DNA of 64,000 bases from Leidyana gryllorum EB-2025a (GCA_048772705.1 JBLWGC010000082.1:124001-188000), one strand, 5' to 3'; shown: positions 47,141 to 59,956, counted from the stretch's first letter. The notes: generated by a model not told the origin, from the letters alone. A program made the numbers and translations.

Positions 47141-48922
47141 ATGTTGGTGTGGTTGATATTGAGTGTGTCTGTAATATGGTCTGGCGCATATGCTTGGTGG
47201 GATCAGGTAGGAGTTTGATCCCCCCTTTGAAGCAGCACATATGGTGTGTAGGGCCACATGTTGGTTGCAGCAGTGGCCGAGCTAGCTCTGAACACTCCCC
47301 TAGCTTTACCGCAAGTCCCGCGCGGATCGGAACCGCTCACTCACGTCTTTCCCTGGACACCAAATCAAGGCCAAACTACAATTGACACCATTAATCTGCT
47401 CCTTCGCGCCTGGCGAGAGGACTATCCTGACCTATCGTCCTTTATATCCGCAGCCGTGTGGGCAGATCATATCAAATGTACCCAGGCATCCTCCTTCTGC
47501 CCCCTCGAGAATGGTGCCTATGATGCCATTGAGGTACGCACGCGTCCCTCCAATGAGGGGGGCGACGCCAGAGCTGCCAACAAACGACGCTTGAATCTCC
47601 AGATCTTCAACCACTACCATTTTGTCGACGTGCCCATATCGCCCCCCAATGTAAACAAATCTCAAGTCGCTGACGCTGTGCGTAAAGCCGTCTGGGAGCC
47701 CAATAATGCACTATGGCTACTGTTGCAAGGCATGAACTCTCTCACAGGAAGTCGAACATTGGTGCCCGAGTCGCTCATTGCCACCAATCTCACAGAGGCC
47801 GAGGCGGAAGATATTACCTTTTCTTCTGTGGCCAGACGAATTAGCAAGAACCGTCACTTCCCCCCATTGGGCGCCGCTGTTGCCGGCCGCAGAGGAACTC
47901 GGTTCTCATACAACCTCATCCTGAGGTATGGAGACAGCGTTTGTGCCACCAGCACACACTTTGCCACACACTTTGTCGGCAGGTTACTGATTCACATTTT
48001 TGGAGACCTCCATCAGCCGCTCCACACAGTGTCTCGCGTGGACCCGAAATGTGCTCCACACGGCGATCTCGGTGGCAACACGGTACTCCTCTCACGTTTT
48101 CAGCCCTCGACCAGAGATTGACTCGCTCAGGTTGCTGTCCGAGTGGCTCCTGACACCCGCTACCCGGACGCGCCCACCCCGAAGACGCTCCATCAGTTGT
48201 GGGACTCTGCTGGTGGTACTTTTGCTCGGAGCTATCCGGACTTTTCGGTCGAGCAGGCGCGAATTACTGTAAGATTGCTGCGCGTTTCTTGCCTGGCAAT
48301 CTGGTTGCAGGCGCGCGAGCTGGTGCACCGATACCCCCCCATAGGCGGCGTTTACGAGCCATCGTTTCAGAACATAATTCTTTCGGGTGTTTCTTACGCT
48401 GCTTCAAATGTGTACAATGGTGAGTGGGGTGAGTCCGGTTTGAAGATGAAAGGCGGCAGAAATCATGAATTTGGATCAATGTCCCACACCGAGTCATCCC
48501 TACGTGCCGTCAGAGGAGTATCTGACAGCGGTTAAGAATCACAGTATGTATCAAATCACGCGGGCGGGTTACAATTTGGCGTGGGTGCTGCGGAGAGTGG
48601 CCCATACAGTGCCAGCGGTGAGTGGGGTGGCTTCTGTTGGGCGCGAGTCACTCACTCTATTGCTCCGCTGCAGCCACTGACTCAGGAGACGCCGTGGAGT
48701 GATCCGTTTGTGTTACGAGCGGAAGTGCAGCTGTGGAAGACTGTTGCTGGTTCACTGTTGGTGACGACTGGGGCGAGTTTGTTTGTGTTGGGAATGTTGT
48801 GGCGAGGGTTGAGGTGTTCGGATCAGGAGGCGTGTATGCTGTCCAGAGGGTTATTGTTGGAGACTGAACGGGGTGAGAAGGACTGGATAAGCCGAAAGGG
48901 GAGTTACGCTGGTGGTGTGTGA
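47141..48922 (+). CDS. S1/P1-family nuclease with signal peptide and C-terminal transmembrane anchor
   Basis: MLVWLILSV..AYA|WWDQ|GHMLVAAVA, AVWADHIK, HYHFVD, HIFGDLHQPLH, DLGGN, LHQLWDS, RAGYNLAWVL; TM segment TVAGSLLVTTGASLFVLGML. Confidence 0.9.
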
Positions 48923-48936
48923 GTGAGTTTTCCAAG

Positions 48937-49233
48937 ATGATGCCGGCTTGGAGGGTGTTGGTTTGTTGTTGGCTGGGTTTGGCGGCTGGTCAGCACATTC
49001 GGTCCTCGGCTGGAGGCCACCTGCCAATTCAGGAGGCCCCCTTGTCGGGGCAAACAGTAGCGACTTTCTTTCCACCGTTTTCAGTGGTATACAAGCTCTA
49101 CCGGCGGATTATGCAGCAGCAGCACGAGGACGAGGACGAAGAGACGCCCGCCTTGATAACGGAGGAAGTATCTCGCTGGACAGATTGGATTACCAAATTC
49201 TTTTCTCCGTACGGGCCTCGGCCTATCATTTAA
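48937..49233 (+). CDS. Small secreted hypothetical protein (98 aa)
   Basis: Signal-like MMPAWRVLVCCWLGLAAG; fills the gap between two genes; short internal echo TFFPPF / KFFSPY. Confidence 0.5.
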   Translation: MMPAWRVLVCCWLGLAAGQHIRSSAGGHLPIQEAPLSGQTVATFFPPFSVVYKLYRRIMQQQHEDEDEETPALITEEVSRWTDWITKFFSPYGPRPII

Positions 49234-49760
49234 AGGACGTAATTGAGTATTTGCTGCTGATGAAAGACTTCAGTGGCGATGGCGACGAGTAGTGCCAGCG
49301 TGACGGTGCTGAGGATGACGGAATTCAGTGTCATGAAGCCATAGGAGATATACGTGGCGAGCATAAGGGTATCACACGTTTCTTGCACTGTCGTCACTTC
49401 AACGATCAACAAAGCAATTGCAGCATTTAGACTGAGAACAATGACCACCGCTATACTAAGAATCCGTAGATTGAGCCGAACCTCGTCGTCTGATAGCCAC
49501 CGACGACTCGCCAACGTCGAAAAGTACGTAGTCGCAGCCAGATATAAACACACAGACGTCGCCTGCACACTCTTTTCCCAATAGTTCAACCGTAACGAAG
49601 TGCACTCTTGCTGTAACGTCAGCATCTCAGGCACAAACAGCGTCAACACCGACATTATCAGTACACAGACCCCTACACCCGTTATGACCTTTGCCAAACC
49701 TTGACGCCGGTTGCAGTACAGGATCGCCGGACCGCCTCGGGCCACCCGCGATCTGAACAT
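49230..49760 (-). CDS. Hypothetical four-pass membrane protein
   Basis: Intronless 176-aa ORF with four hydrophobic helices and one Cys in each of two alternate loops. Confidence 0.65.
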   Translation of the reverse strand: MFRSRVARGGPAILYCNRRQGLAKVITGVGVCVLIMSVLTLFVPEMLTLQQECTSLRLNYWEKSVQATSVCLYLAATTYFSTLASRRWLSDDEVRLNLRILSIAVVIVLSLNAAIALLIVEVTTVQETCDTLMLATYISYGFMTLNSVILSTVTLALLVAIATEVFHQQQILNYVL

Positions 49761-49801
49761 TTCACTCGATGCGAACCGACCCGATATTTATTTCAGCTCA
49801 A

Positions 49802-50667
49802 TTAGATCCCTTCGCCTTCGACGACCTTTGTCAGCTCAGCACTCCCGGCCGCGGTCGTCGCGGTCGCAGTGTTCTTGGCTGCGCTACTAATGTCCGCCGC
49901 CTCAGCAGCACCAGCAGCAGCAGCAGGAGGATCGCTCTTGCCCTTCTTGATCTGTCGCAGTAATTCTATGCCCTCGGGATTTTCCCCAAAGTACTGTTTT
50001 GCGTCCTCTCGATCCTGCGGGGCAAAGATTCAGACGAGAACTTTGTGGGTGACATACCTTATCCCGTATTCTGATAAAGTCAATGTACCGTAGTGTGGGG
50101 ATATTGTAAATTAGGAATCTTCTGTAGGCGGGAACACTGCTCGGACGCGTCAGTAGAGACGGAGGGGGAAGTGGGTGGGTTACCTGGTGACTGGGTTGTC
50201 TACGAGTTGCAAGCGCTCGAGTTTCTTGCACTGAACCAGCGGAAGGAGGTCTTCGAGGGCCTCGAGGTGGTTTCCAGTGGCGACGAGAGATTTGAGCGAA
50301 GGCAAACAGGAGGACAAGTCCTTGCCTATCCTAGCTATGCGATTGTTGGCCACTATCTGCGTCGTGGGTCTATGGCATTCAAGGGGAGGCGGCGGCGCCT
50401 ACCAAAGAAGAGAGACGATTCAGGACGGGAAAGCCATCCAGTCGAATAATATCGTTATCCGAGAGGTCTAAGCAGTCAAAGGCGTCATTGGTGACCCCCA
50501 AGTTCTCCACAACGGCTATCCGGTAACCTGACGGAGACAGAGAGAGAGAATTTGACAAAGGCGGCGAGGAGGCGGTGGGGTGGCTTACCCCTCAAGGTGA
50601 TTTGACGGTCATTTATGGGGTTGATACTTTGCGGTGCAGAGGTAATCAACTCCCTGCTTAGTCGCAT
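49802..50667 (-). CDS. SNRPA1: U2 snRNP protein A' (leucine-rich repeat)
   Basis: MRLSRELI..INPINDRQITLRG|YRIAVVENLGVTNDAFDCLDLSDNDI..NNRIARI..DNPV..YRRFLIYNIPTLRYIDF; 4 introns; mostly missed by the ORF track. Confidence 0.92.
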
Positions 50668-50759
50668 TTGTTCTTCTGTGTTGAGTGGGGGGGTTTTTTT
50701 CAGCTAAATAGGTTCAATATGAGCCCCTGACAGTAAGTGACAGATTTTTGAACATAGAT

Positions 50760-53074
50760 ATGAGCAACCACCAAGACGCCGATCTGACCCCTGCTGCAAT
50801 GTACCTCAAAAGCGTTCAGGATGATTCTGCTGCTGCTTCCACACTCTGGTCTATACAGGTTGAACAGCCGCTCAGAGCCACTGCTGACATGACCGAGACT
50901 ACTGAAGTTGACCCTTCCCCAGGGGGACGTGGCTATGCGTCTCCAGAAGATCGCTGTTGTTCATGTTTGCGATATGCTGATTCCATCACAGTATCCGGCG
51001 CTCTTAGTGCCGAGATTGGGTTGCTCGACCCCGCCACGAAAGTTGAAGTAGCTCGATATCCTACCTGCTTGGTGACGCCCACGGCGAATAGATTGGTGGC
51101 CACGGCGCGCACGCCTGTAGGACACTCAAACTCGGCTGTCTTGCGGGAAAATGCGGCCGCTCGTCCGTCCCCATCCTTCGCTGCCGCCGACTTCCTGCTC
51201 ACCACTGAAACGCAACCCACGTGTCTGCACAAGCGGACCAGCAGTGACTTCCCTCAACCCTCCCGTCACAGCAGCCATAATGATCTCTATTCTCAAGAAT
51301 CGTTGCCACCGCAAATGTGTGGCGCATATCCCTCCCCAGAGTGGATGATGACCACCGATCCGTCATCGGCATACCATTCCTCCATACCAATGACCATCGA
51401 AGCTCTCTTACAAAAACATCATAATGAATCTGTTGATGATGTTCGATTAGCCATCACCAGCCGAACTCCCCCGGGCGTCACTGTCTTCGGCACAGCACCC
51501 CTACATGACTTCTGCATCTGCCCGTGCCACACTGTTACAGCCCATTATGTTTTAGAAGAATTCCTACACCAAGGCTTCACGTCCACTGTTATCGCCTGTC
51601 GACGAATTGCCTCATTAACCCAAGATTTGATTGATAAACACTATCCCAAGATGAAACTGACTTCTCATTATTTATCCCCAGCATCTAGCGAAGACGATAA
51701 TCCCTCATCTGGCGACTCTTCTGTACCTTCACCCACCTCTGTTAGAAAGGCTCTCGATTGGGTCATACCCATACAAGGAGCCTATGAACTCGTAATCAAG
51801 CTCGTCCACAAAAATAGGTATGTACGCCCAACTTGCTCCATCCCAACTTGCCCCATCCAAAACTCACCCGCACACACGTGTGTGTCCCTCCAGATGTAGT
51901 GCCGAGGAGCTGGAAAGATGTCTTCTCGAAACCCGATTCCTGTCTCTGCTTGACCATCCCAACGTGGCGAAATTATTGGCCCACCACGACGGAGTAAACG
52001 AACTGGTGAGCCGTCGCCCTTCTTGCTGCTCACACACACCACACGATCTTCAGTGGATGTTTTTCGAGAGGGCGTGCTACAGTGATCTCGAAGAGTCACT
52101 GCAAGGCCGCTCCCTATCTGAATCACAGGTGCAATCAATCATCCGCCAAATATTATCAGCCTTGGAGTATGTCCACTCCCGCGGAGTAATCCACTGCGAC
52201 GTAAAGCCCAAAAACGTTCTCGTCTATGACGCCGATCGGCTGAGATCACGACAGCCACGCCGCTACGGCGCGTCCCGGAAATTCGAAGGTACACACACAC
52301 ACTGCCTCGGCGGCTGGAGGCGGTTCGAGACGCCGTCGCACTTTGCCGTCGCACTTTGCTGTCGCACTTTGCTGTCGCGCTTTGCCGTCGCGCTTTGCCC
52401 TCTTCCACCGCCGCCTCTCACCGTCTGTGGCACCTCTCATGTTTGCTTGGTGTCCGCAGGGAATTGGAATTTGGCAGAATTGAAGTTAGGCGACTTTGGC
52501 TTAGCGAGAATGATGAGTGACCCGATGGGCGCTGTCAAGTTCGACGGAGTGCGAGGCTCCCACGGTTACTTTGCTCCCGAAATACTTTTGGTGAGGGTTC
52601 TCCTCCCAGCGATGTCACTTACCTCAATATCTCGCTCGTTCTCTCTTCAGCGACGCGATTACGATGCGAAAGTTGATGTGTGGTCCGCGGGAATCATAAC
52701 GTATACAATGCTGGCCGGATACGAGCCATTTTATCCACCGAGTGCGTGTATCAGCGTAAGTGATCAGTCAGTTTGGGGTTTGTAGAAGTGTGTGTGTGTG
52801 TGTAGGAGGAGATCAAATTCGATCCGCGATATTGGGCGAGCATATCTTCAACTGCTCAGGTGAGGCTGATTTCGCAGTTAAGACTTTGTGGCAGGATTTT
52901 TGCCGACGACTGTTGACCTTTGACCCTTCACGGCGTTTATCGGCCGGCGAGGCTCTGCAGCACCCATGGATGCATTGCCCGGAGCGACGACGATTCGAGC
53001 GTGACCGGCCGGTCCGGGTACTTCCAGGCTCCAAATCAACAGCTAATCTCATACTGAGAGCTGGTGAAGCTTGA
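50760..53074 (+). CDS. Ser/Thr protein kinase (CAMK-like, non-RD, degenerate Gly loop)
   Basis: VIKLV, LDHPNVAKL, IHCDVKPKN, LGDFG, GYFAPE, DVWSAG and RLSAGEALQHPW; multi-exon. Confidence 0.88.
52335..52399 (+). repeat. Intronic minisatellite, 5 x 13 bp GTCGC(A/G)CTTTGC(C/T)
   Basis: Five contiguous units inside kinase intron 52289-52459. Confidence 0.9.
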
Positions 53075-53499
53075 TTAATGAGCCATTTTGGTCCCACTCG
53101 TTCATCGTTCAACGCCCATCGCCCGCACCCCTCTGTCAGAAGCAGCCAGCCGTGTCGGCTCTCTTTTTTCCCGAGTTGATCGATCGCCCAAGCTGCTGCC
53201 CTTTCATCAGCGGGATGAGTCTGTTTATTCATCGTGCTACACTTTCTGTTGTGAGCGGGGAGGCTCAATCAAAGCAGTCACGGATTGCAACACGCAAGCG
53301 TGAGAATGAGAAAGAGAAAGGGCAGCCGAGGCTTGGTTTGCGACACAACTCTAGTTATTATGCCCAGTCATCAGGTGCGGCGTGCTCCTGATAGCCTTAG
53401 CTCATCCGACGGGGGGCAAGCGGGCAGCCAGCCAGCCAGCCAACATCAAAAAGTGTCAACCTATTTTTGTTCCTTCTTTGGTCCCATCGAATAAGCACC

Positions 53500-55830
53500 A
53501 TGCGGCGGGGGGAGAGGCGCCAATCAGAGAGTCACCATCGCGATGACGATATTGTCGGAGACTCTGGTACACATCGGCCTCGCTCCAATCAGTATCCCTC
53601 AATGCTGACTGTGCGGCTGCTGGTCCTGTTGGTCGTCTGTTTGTTTGCCATGCTGGTTATCATGGGTCAAATGCTCCTGCGCGAGCCCCCGACTCCTCAG
53701 GTGCCGTTGAACTCGATGGTCGAGAACCGGCATCTCGCCAAGAACGCGGTCGGAGCGTTGGCCCTCAGAAGTGGGAAACAGCGACCCTCCCTGGGACAGC
53801 CAAAGTCAATGAATATGACCCTCGCTGAGCTCCAAACTCTCAAAGAGGAAGAGAGGTTGAGTTGGCTTCATCAAATTCGAGAGGGTCAGGTCGCTCTGGA
53901 AGCGAGCTCTGACCGGATGCATGGGATTGTCGGCTTAGACGACAACGCAGAATTGTACTGGAAACCCAAACCCAAACCGCCCGCTGATATGAATATGGTG
54001 GAGGAACTCCGACGTGGCGGTGGATTCAATCTGCGCCTGTCGGATGCTGAACCTCTCGACAGAGACATCCCAGATGGTCGCCACCGCGCTTGCAAAAGAC
54101 TCACCTATCGCCAGGACACTCTGCTCGAAGCCTCTGTCATCATCGTCTTCTTCAATGAGCCCTTCAGTACCCTCATGCGCTCCGTCCACTCTGTCCTCAA
54201 TCTCACTCCTCCAAATCTGCTTCGCGAAATCATTTTGGTCGACGACGGATCAGATCTCGATTGGATCAAACCTGGAGGAACGGGCGAGTTGGATTTGTAC
54301 GTCACACTCCTCCCGAAGGTCAGACTTGTCCGTCTTCCTAAGAGAAAAGGTATTGTGGGCGCCCGAATGGCCGGCATTCGGGCTGCTCAAGCCCCAATCT
54401 TCGTCATTCTCGACTCGCACATTGAAGTGCAACCCTTCTGGCTCGAACCGCTGGTCCAACGAATAGGAGAAGACAAAACTAGAATCCTGATGCCTCAGGT
54501 CGACGGAGTCATCCCTGAAACACTGGTACCCAACGTCGGAGGCATCGGCTGCACTCTCGGTAAGTACCCTTCTAACCGGCCGGCCGGCGAACTAAAAGCG
54601 GCGACCAGCCGCACTGCGCTCCCTCGCCACACTTCAATGCTGACTGACTGACTGACTGACTGGCTCTCTCAGAAACCCTTCCCCTTCCCCGGCTCACCTT
54701 CATATCTCCCCTTTTCAGGTTTCTTGTGGAAGCTGATTGAGCACTCATTCCAGCCGGATGCCAACTCGACCGCAGAGAGACGGGATGCCGGACCCACCGA
54801 CTTTGTGTCGAGTCCCACGATGGCTGGGGGCCTTTTCGCTGCCGATGTCGACTTCTTCCTCAACGACTTGGGAGGCTATGATGAAAACTTTGAATACTGG
54901 GGAACCGAAAACTTGGAACTGAGCTTCCGGCTGTGGTCTTGCGGTGGCCGTCTCGAGTGTGCTCCGTGCTCTCGAGTATACCACATCTTCCGAAAAGGCG
55001 GGATGGGTTACACGGTAGGTGGAATAGTGCGTGTGTGGTGAGCTTGGTGAATTTGTGTGTGCACACGCAGAGTCCCCCGTACGCTACCACCAAGAACAAG
55101 CTGAGAACGTTAGCAATCTGGATGGATGACTATGCAGATTTGGCCTGGAGAGTGATTGGGCAGCCGACAGTGGAGTTTGGAGACTATAGTGAAATGCTGA
55201 ACTTCCGGAAAGAGAAGAACTGCAAGCCGTTCCAATCTTTCCTGGATGATGTCAATCCCGAGGCCTTTGTCCGGAGTCTGCCGAGTGATGTGCCTTACTT
55301 GGGACCGCTGAAGAATGTGAACTCTGCTAAATGTCTGGATCTGCCCAGCGATTATCCGGGAGCGGCGACGGTCCGTCCGTATACCTGTCACGGCGGTCAG
55401 AACCAGGACTTTATGTACTTTGCCCGAGTACAACATATTATGCCAGTCCGCAATGATGAGACCTGTTTTATTGTTGAGGAGGCTGGGAAGACTGATTGGT
55501 GTCACAAGGACATGAATAGATGGACACTAATCCCAGTTGACGACGAACAAATGCAAATCCGATCTGAGAACGGCAAATGTATGGCTGAAATAGATAATAG
55601 CCTCAAATTCGTCAAGTGCCAACACGATGACTATAATCAGGTGAGATTCGGGCACATTCGGGCGAGTACGGGCCACTTTGCACAGCTTTGGCAACTTCGC
55701 GCGCTTGTGTGTGTCCTTTCGTGTGTCTTTGCCGTTTCGTGTGTCTCTGCTATAAACGTTGTTATTTTCGCAGCTGTGGACCTGGAAGCCGTATAATCCA
55801 CCGAAGGTCTGGACTCCGCCACCCAAGTGA
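53500..55830 (+). CDS. Polypeptide N-acetylgalactosaminyltransferase (GT27) with ricin-type lectin domain
   Basis: Type II TM; [54 protein letters not shown]; CLD..CHGGQNQ lectin motifs. Confidence 0.95.
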
Positions 55831-55973
55831 TTTAGCTGTCCGAAAATACGTCTCTAATATAATTGACTGCTGCTGACTAAGGAACAGAGTGTTCGCGATA
55901 TTGATGATTCTCGGTGTCTGTCTGTGGTTATGTCGACATATATATAGAAGAGCAGAACTTCTTCCGCCGGCTT

Positions 55974-58900
55974 CTACGCTGCTGCTGCTGGTGAGGCTGA
56001 CATTAGAGAGATCAGCATTTTGGCTATCAAAGCGCTATAATCTGGAGCACTACGCACTGCAATCTCCGCGGCCTGAGCTCTGCCAGTGAGTCAACAATTT
56101 ACATAGTTCAATCACCAATGTCCAATTTCGCGAACACTTACTCAACAACAATGCCAGTCGACACCATCAGACTCCATCCGCTCTGGCCACCATTCATTGG
56201 CACTTTAGCTGCAGCAACCAGTGTAGTTGGACTCGTCCGAACCGTAGCCATATGCAGTCCATCCTCGAAGAACACTTTGAGCCGTCGCATCGATCGCAGC
56301 TCCGGTTTCAGCACCCGACGTTCCACAGCCGTTGGGGCCATAGTTCGCAAGGCCACCTACACACCAACTTTATGGGACCCCCGCGCCCAACTGTACCTGA
56401 CACTGTTCGAGGGTCAATGGCCACGGAGTGCAGAAACACAGCGGTGTGATGGGGAGGGGGACGTTCAGCCCCCGCTTTCTATCCCCAGTCTCATTAGCCA
56501 CTTGGATGGACCACAAAATGGGGTCCATCGCGGGTTTGATGATACTTGCGATCACAGCGTGGGTCATCGTCTCCTCTGTCAACGAATGCAAATGCGTCGC
56601 CTCTTCCCCAATGATAGAAAACTCACTCGGCATAAGCTTCTTGGCAGCCACCGGCTTCTCCATAACCACATAGACGCCCTTACCATCGATCGGTAATCTG
56701 TTGCGTGAAAGTGTGTGAGTGAGTGAGTGAGTGTGTGTGTGAGTGAGTGAGTGTGTAAGTGAGTGAATGTGTGAGTAAGTGTGTGAGTGAATGGAGCGCC
56801 TCAATTGCGCTAAACTCACGTTGGCGTGATAACGACAGCGGCATTATTGACATTCTGAAGACAGTCTTTGTGGTGCGATCCTAAAATCGGAGGCCTCTCA
56901 CCCGAACTAGAATTTGGACCGCTAACCCCCGCGGGTCCAGAACCTTCCGTGAGAGAACAGAGATCACCGGAGTGTCGAGGAGAGGCGCTGAGAGGGGGAT
57001 AGAAGAGGTCAGCCACTCCTTGTCCAGCCCAATGACTCACCCTCGGGTAGAACACACGCTCTCCGCCACATAGCTCGCTGATCACCATTGGTCACTTTGG
57101 GCATTAGACTTCCCATCAGGTGTCCCTTCTGCTGGGGTTTCGCGCTTGCCGACTGGTCGTCGTCCTCGTCCTCGTCATCAGAGTCGCTGGAGGCCGACTC
57201 ACTTGACGACGCCGTCTCTGATACTGTGACGGAGGTGGCGCTCTCGGAAGTCTCCGGTTTGACGGGCTGTTGGGTGGAGATGGCGGACGAAACTTTCAAC
57301 TCTGCGGCTCACGGGAGATCGCGATCCACCCGCATCAACTCTCTTGGGAGCCACGACCGGGGCTGGCTGTGGAATATTGGCCGCAACCCCCGTGGTGAGC
57401 CTCCGACGGTCAACGGGCGTCGGAATCTGATTCATCTGAGACCGCTTGATTAAGGGACAGGACTGAGCAAACTTGCGAGGAAAGGCCGGCATCAGGGCCA
57501 ATACATTCTCGAGCATATCCTGATCATCTTGTTCACACAGATGGAGGAATTCTACCGCCCGCTGCTGGACCTCGACGTCGCAGTCCTCCGTCAGCGACCG
57601 GAACCACCCCAAAATTGCTTCCTGCGTCTTCTCGTCCGCGTCAGCACATCCGTTATATATCTTGGCCGCTGCCGTGATACAGATCGCGCGCAAAGAAGAT
57701 GTAGTCGCCTGTCTCTCGCATCGCACAACAGCCTTTGCCAGCTCTGCCCAACTGCACACCGGCGGTTCCTCAGTCGCGAGAAGATGGCCAAACTCGCCAC
57801 AAAGATAACACATTAGTCTGCGACAATTAGAGAGTCCTCGATGTCCGGCCCCGCAGAGTCCCCCCCTTCCCACACACACATACACACGGGAACACACACC
57901 CACACATACACTCACACACTCACACACACTCTCTCACTCGTATGTGCTCTCGCTGTGTTTGGCCGAGATGAATTCTTCGAAGAGATGTTTAGCGCAGTTG
58001 AATTGGCACTGTTCGGCAGCGGCCTCATCCTGGGCAGATAGTTCTTTCCCCATATCGAATCCCGTCAATACGTGGACGGCTCGATACCAAACCGCTTTCA
58101 ATGGGTTCAACTTGAGCAGTTGCAACATTGAGCGAACGAAACTGCCGAGGATCGTCCGCGACTTTTCGTCTCTGCTCACCTTTCGGTATCATCGACGCAC
58201 CTCTCCAACAGTACTGCTATTTTAAGGGACAGTTCCTCTTTGAACGTCTCGTCGCGAGCGTTCACCGCCTGTTGACACGGGGGCATTAGGAGGGGGCGAG
58301 GGAGGGAGGAGGAGAGATTGCGGAAGGCTCAATTCTTACAGTCGAAAGCAGATTCATCAAAATGGGAAGATGAGCGTCCAAATTGTCGGGTATCGTGAGA
58401 GCAAACAAAAGCTCAGCAAACTGGCGGCGAGTGCTCCCCGACTTGAGACTGAGTATCTGAGTCCCTCCCTGTTGTGTCAATTCTGTCAGCCGCCTGCAGA
58501 AGAGTGAGTGTGTGTGAGTGAGTATTTGTCACTGTCGCCCCCATTATACCTGGTGATCTGATCAATGTTCATTCCGGCTTCTGCCATTGTGGTGAGCGCT
58601 TTGATGGCCACCGAACGCGCAACAGAGCTCTGCGAGGGGCGGAAAAGATCAAATCTCTCCGCCACGGACTCACCTCCTGTGCGAGGAGACTGAAAGTTCG
58701 ATCCACGGCGTCACAGCGGATAGCAGAACTCAGACACTGTTGGAAATGGGCTATCCCGGCGATACCGTCGTAGTATACCACAGCGTCCAACGCCTGGACG
58801 ACCATTCCAGTTGCGTCCTTTTGGACGCCTGGGGCCGCTCGATAATAGTTATCGAGCGCATTGATGGCTCTGGGGGGGCGGGGATGGGAGAGCCTTATTA

Positions 58901-59956
58901 TCGAGTCTGGCGTACTGAGGCATCTGGGGGCACGGGAAGAACATCAGGATGCGTGTTAGACTGTTGATGAGCCACGGATTGTGGATTCCGCGGTGCATCG
59001 GTTCGGGTAAGAGCGGTTTCCCCGCTCGGATTCTGTGCCGAGGAGCGATCGAGAGCAGCTTATGAATATGTGTCACTCACTCGTTGAGTACTTTGAGGGT
59101 CACTCCAAAGATGACTTCCCAGCCGAATACCGACGAAGCGGTCCTTAGGCACTGACGAACCAACGAACAGAGCGCCAGGAGACATCCGACGTCCATCTCG
59201 GTGGCCATCGCGTGTGCGAGACGAGGCGTCCACACTTCGGGGACGAGCGCATCAGCATCCTTCTGTTGACACCTCAGAAGCCCCATGTAAGCGCGTCTCC
59301 TTAGGTACGCTGGAAAGTTGTTGGCGGGATTGGCAATCTGCTTCAGCGGCGCCATTATCGACTGGAGGAGCGGTGCTGAAGGTAACGGAGAGCCAGCCGT
59401 CAAGTGACTCACAGGGACGATATCGGGAGTGGCCATATTGGCCGCTGCGTGTAGAGCTGCTTCGGCTTCCGCCTCGGCAGAGCTTTGTAGACTCGCAGTG
59501 AGACGGGATCCGATGCAGGTGGTGACATCGAGGTCAGAAGGGAAGACGAGGGAGAGGAAGTGGTAAGCTGCGGGACATTGTGGTCGAGGCGCTCTGCCCC
59601 CCGCCAAACTTGTCTCACCCACCCATACAGCGGTCAACCAGACCAGTAGAGACCAGCAGGTTGAGGGCCTCAAAGGCTCCGGTTGTGCCAATGTCGTGGT
59701 GATTGATCGTCATGAAGAGCAGTTCCAGGAGGTATCGGCATTTCCGCGCCTGCGATAAATCCGAGGCATTGAGAAATGCCGCCCGTATGGCTGAAAGCTC
59801 CGCATCAAAGACAGACTGTCGACAATTAGATAGACGCTCCATGCACTCTCTGCTGCTCACGTAGACCTTTTGATTGCTCGGTGCCTCCTTGGCGTTGGAC
59901 ACGAAGGCCCGAAGGGCTTTGTATTCATTCTTTGCGCCAGGATTAGGTAACAGCAT
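55974..59956 (-). CDS. Adaptor protein complex large subunit, alpha-adaptin-like (divergent)
   Basis: ALRAFVSN..ELSAIRAAF, CRYLLELLF, LRRRAYMGLLR, NPWL, VWYRAVHVLT, DVEVQQRAVEF..VLALMPAFP, then hinge and ear region LPITPLCFCTP; many introns. Confidence 0.75.

Noticed and set aside
52335-52399. CRISPR-like repeat array
   Set aside because: Contiguous 13-bp units with no spacers, in a eukaryotic intron, with no cas genes.
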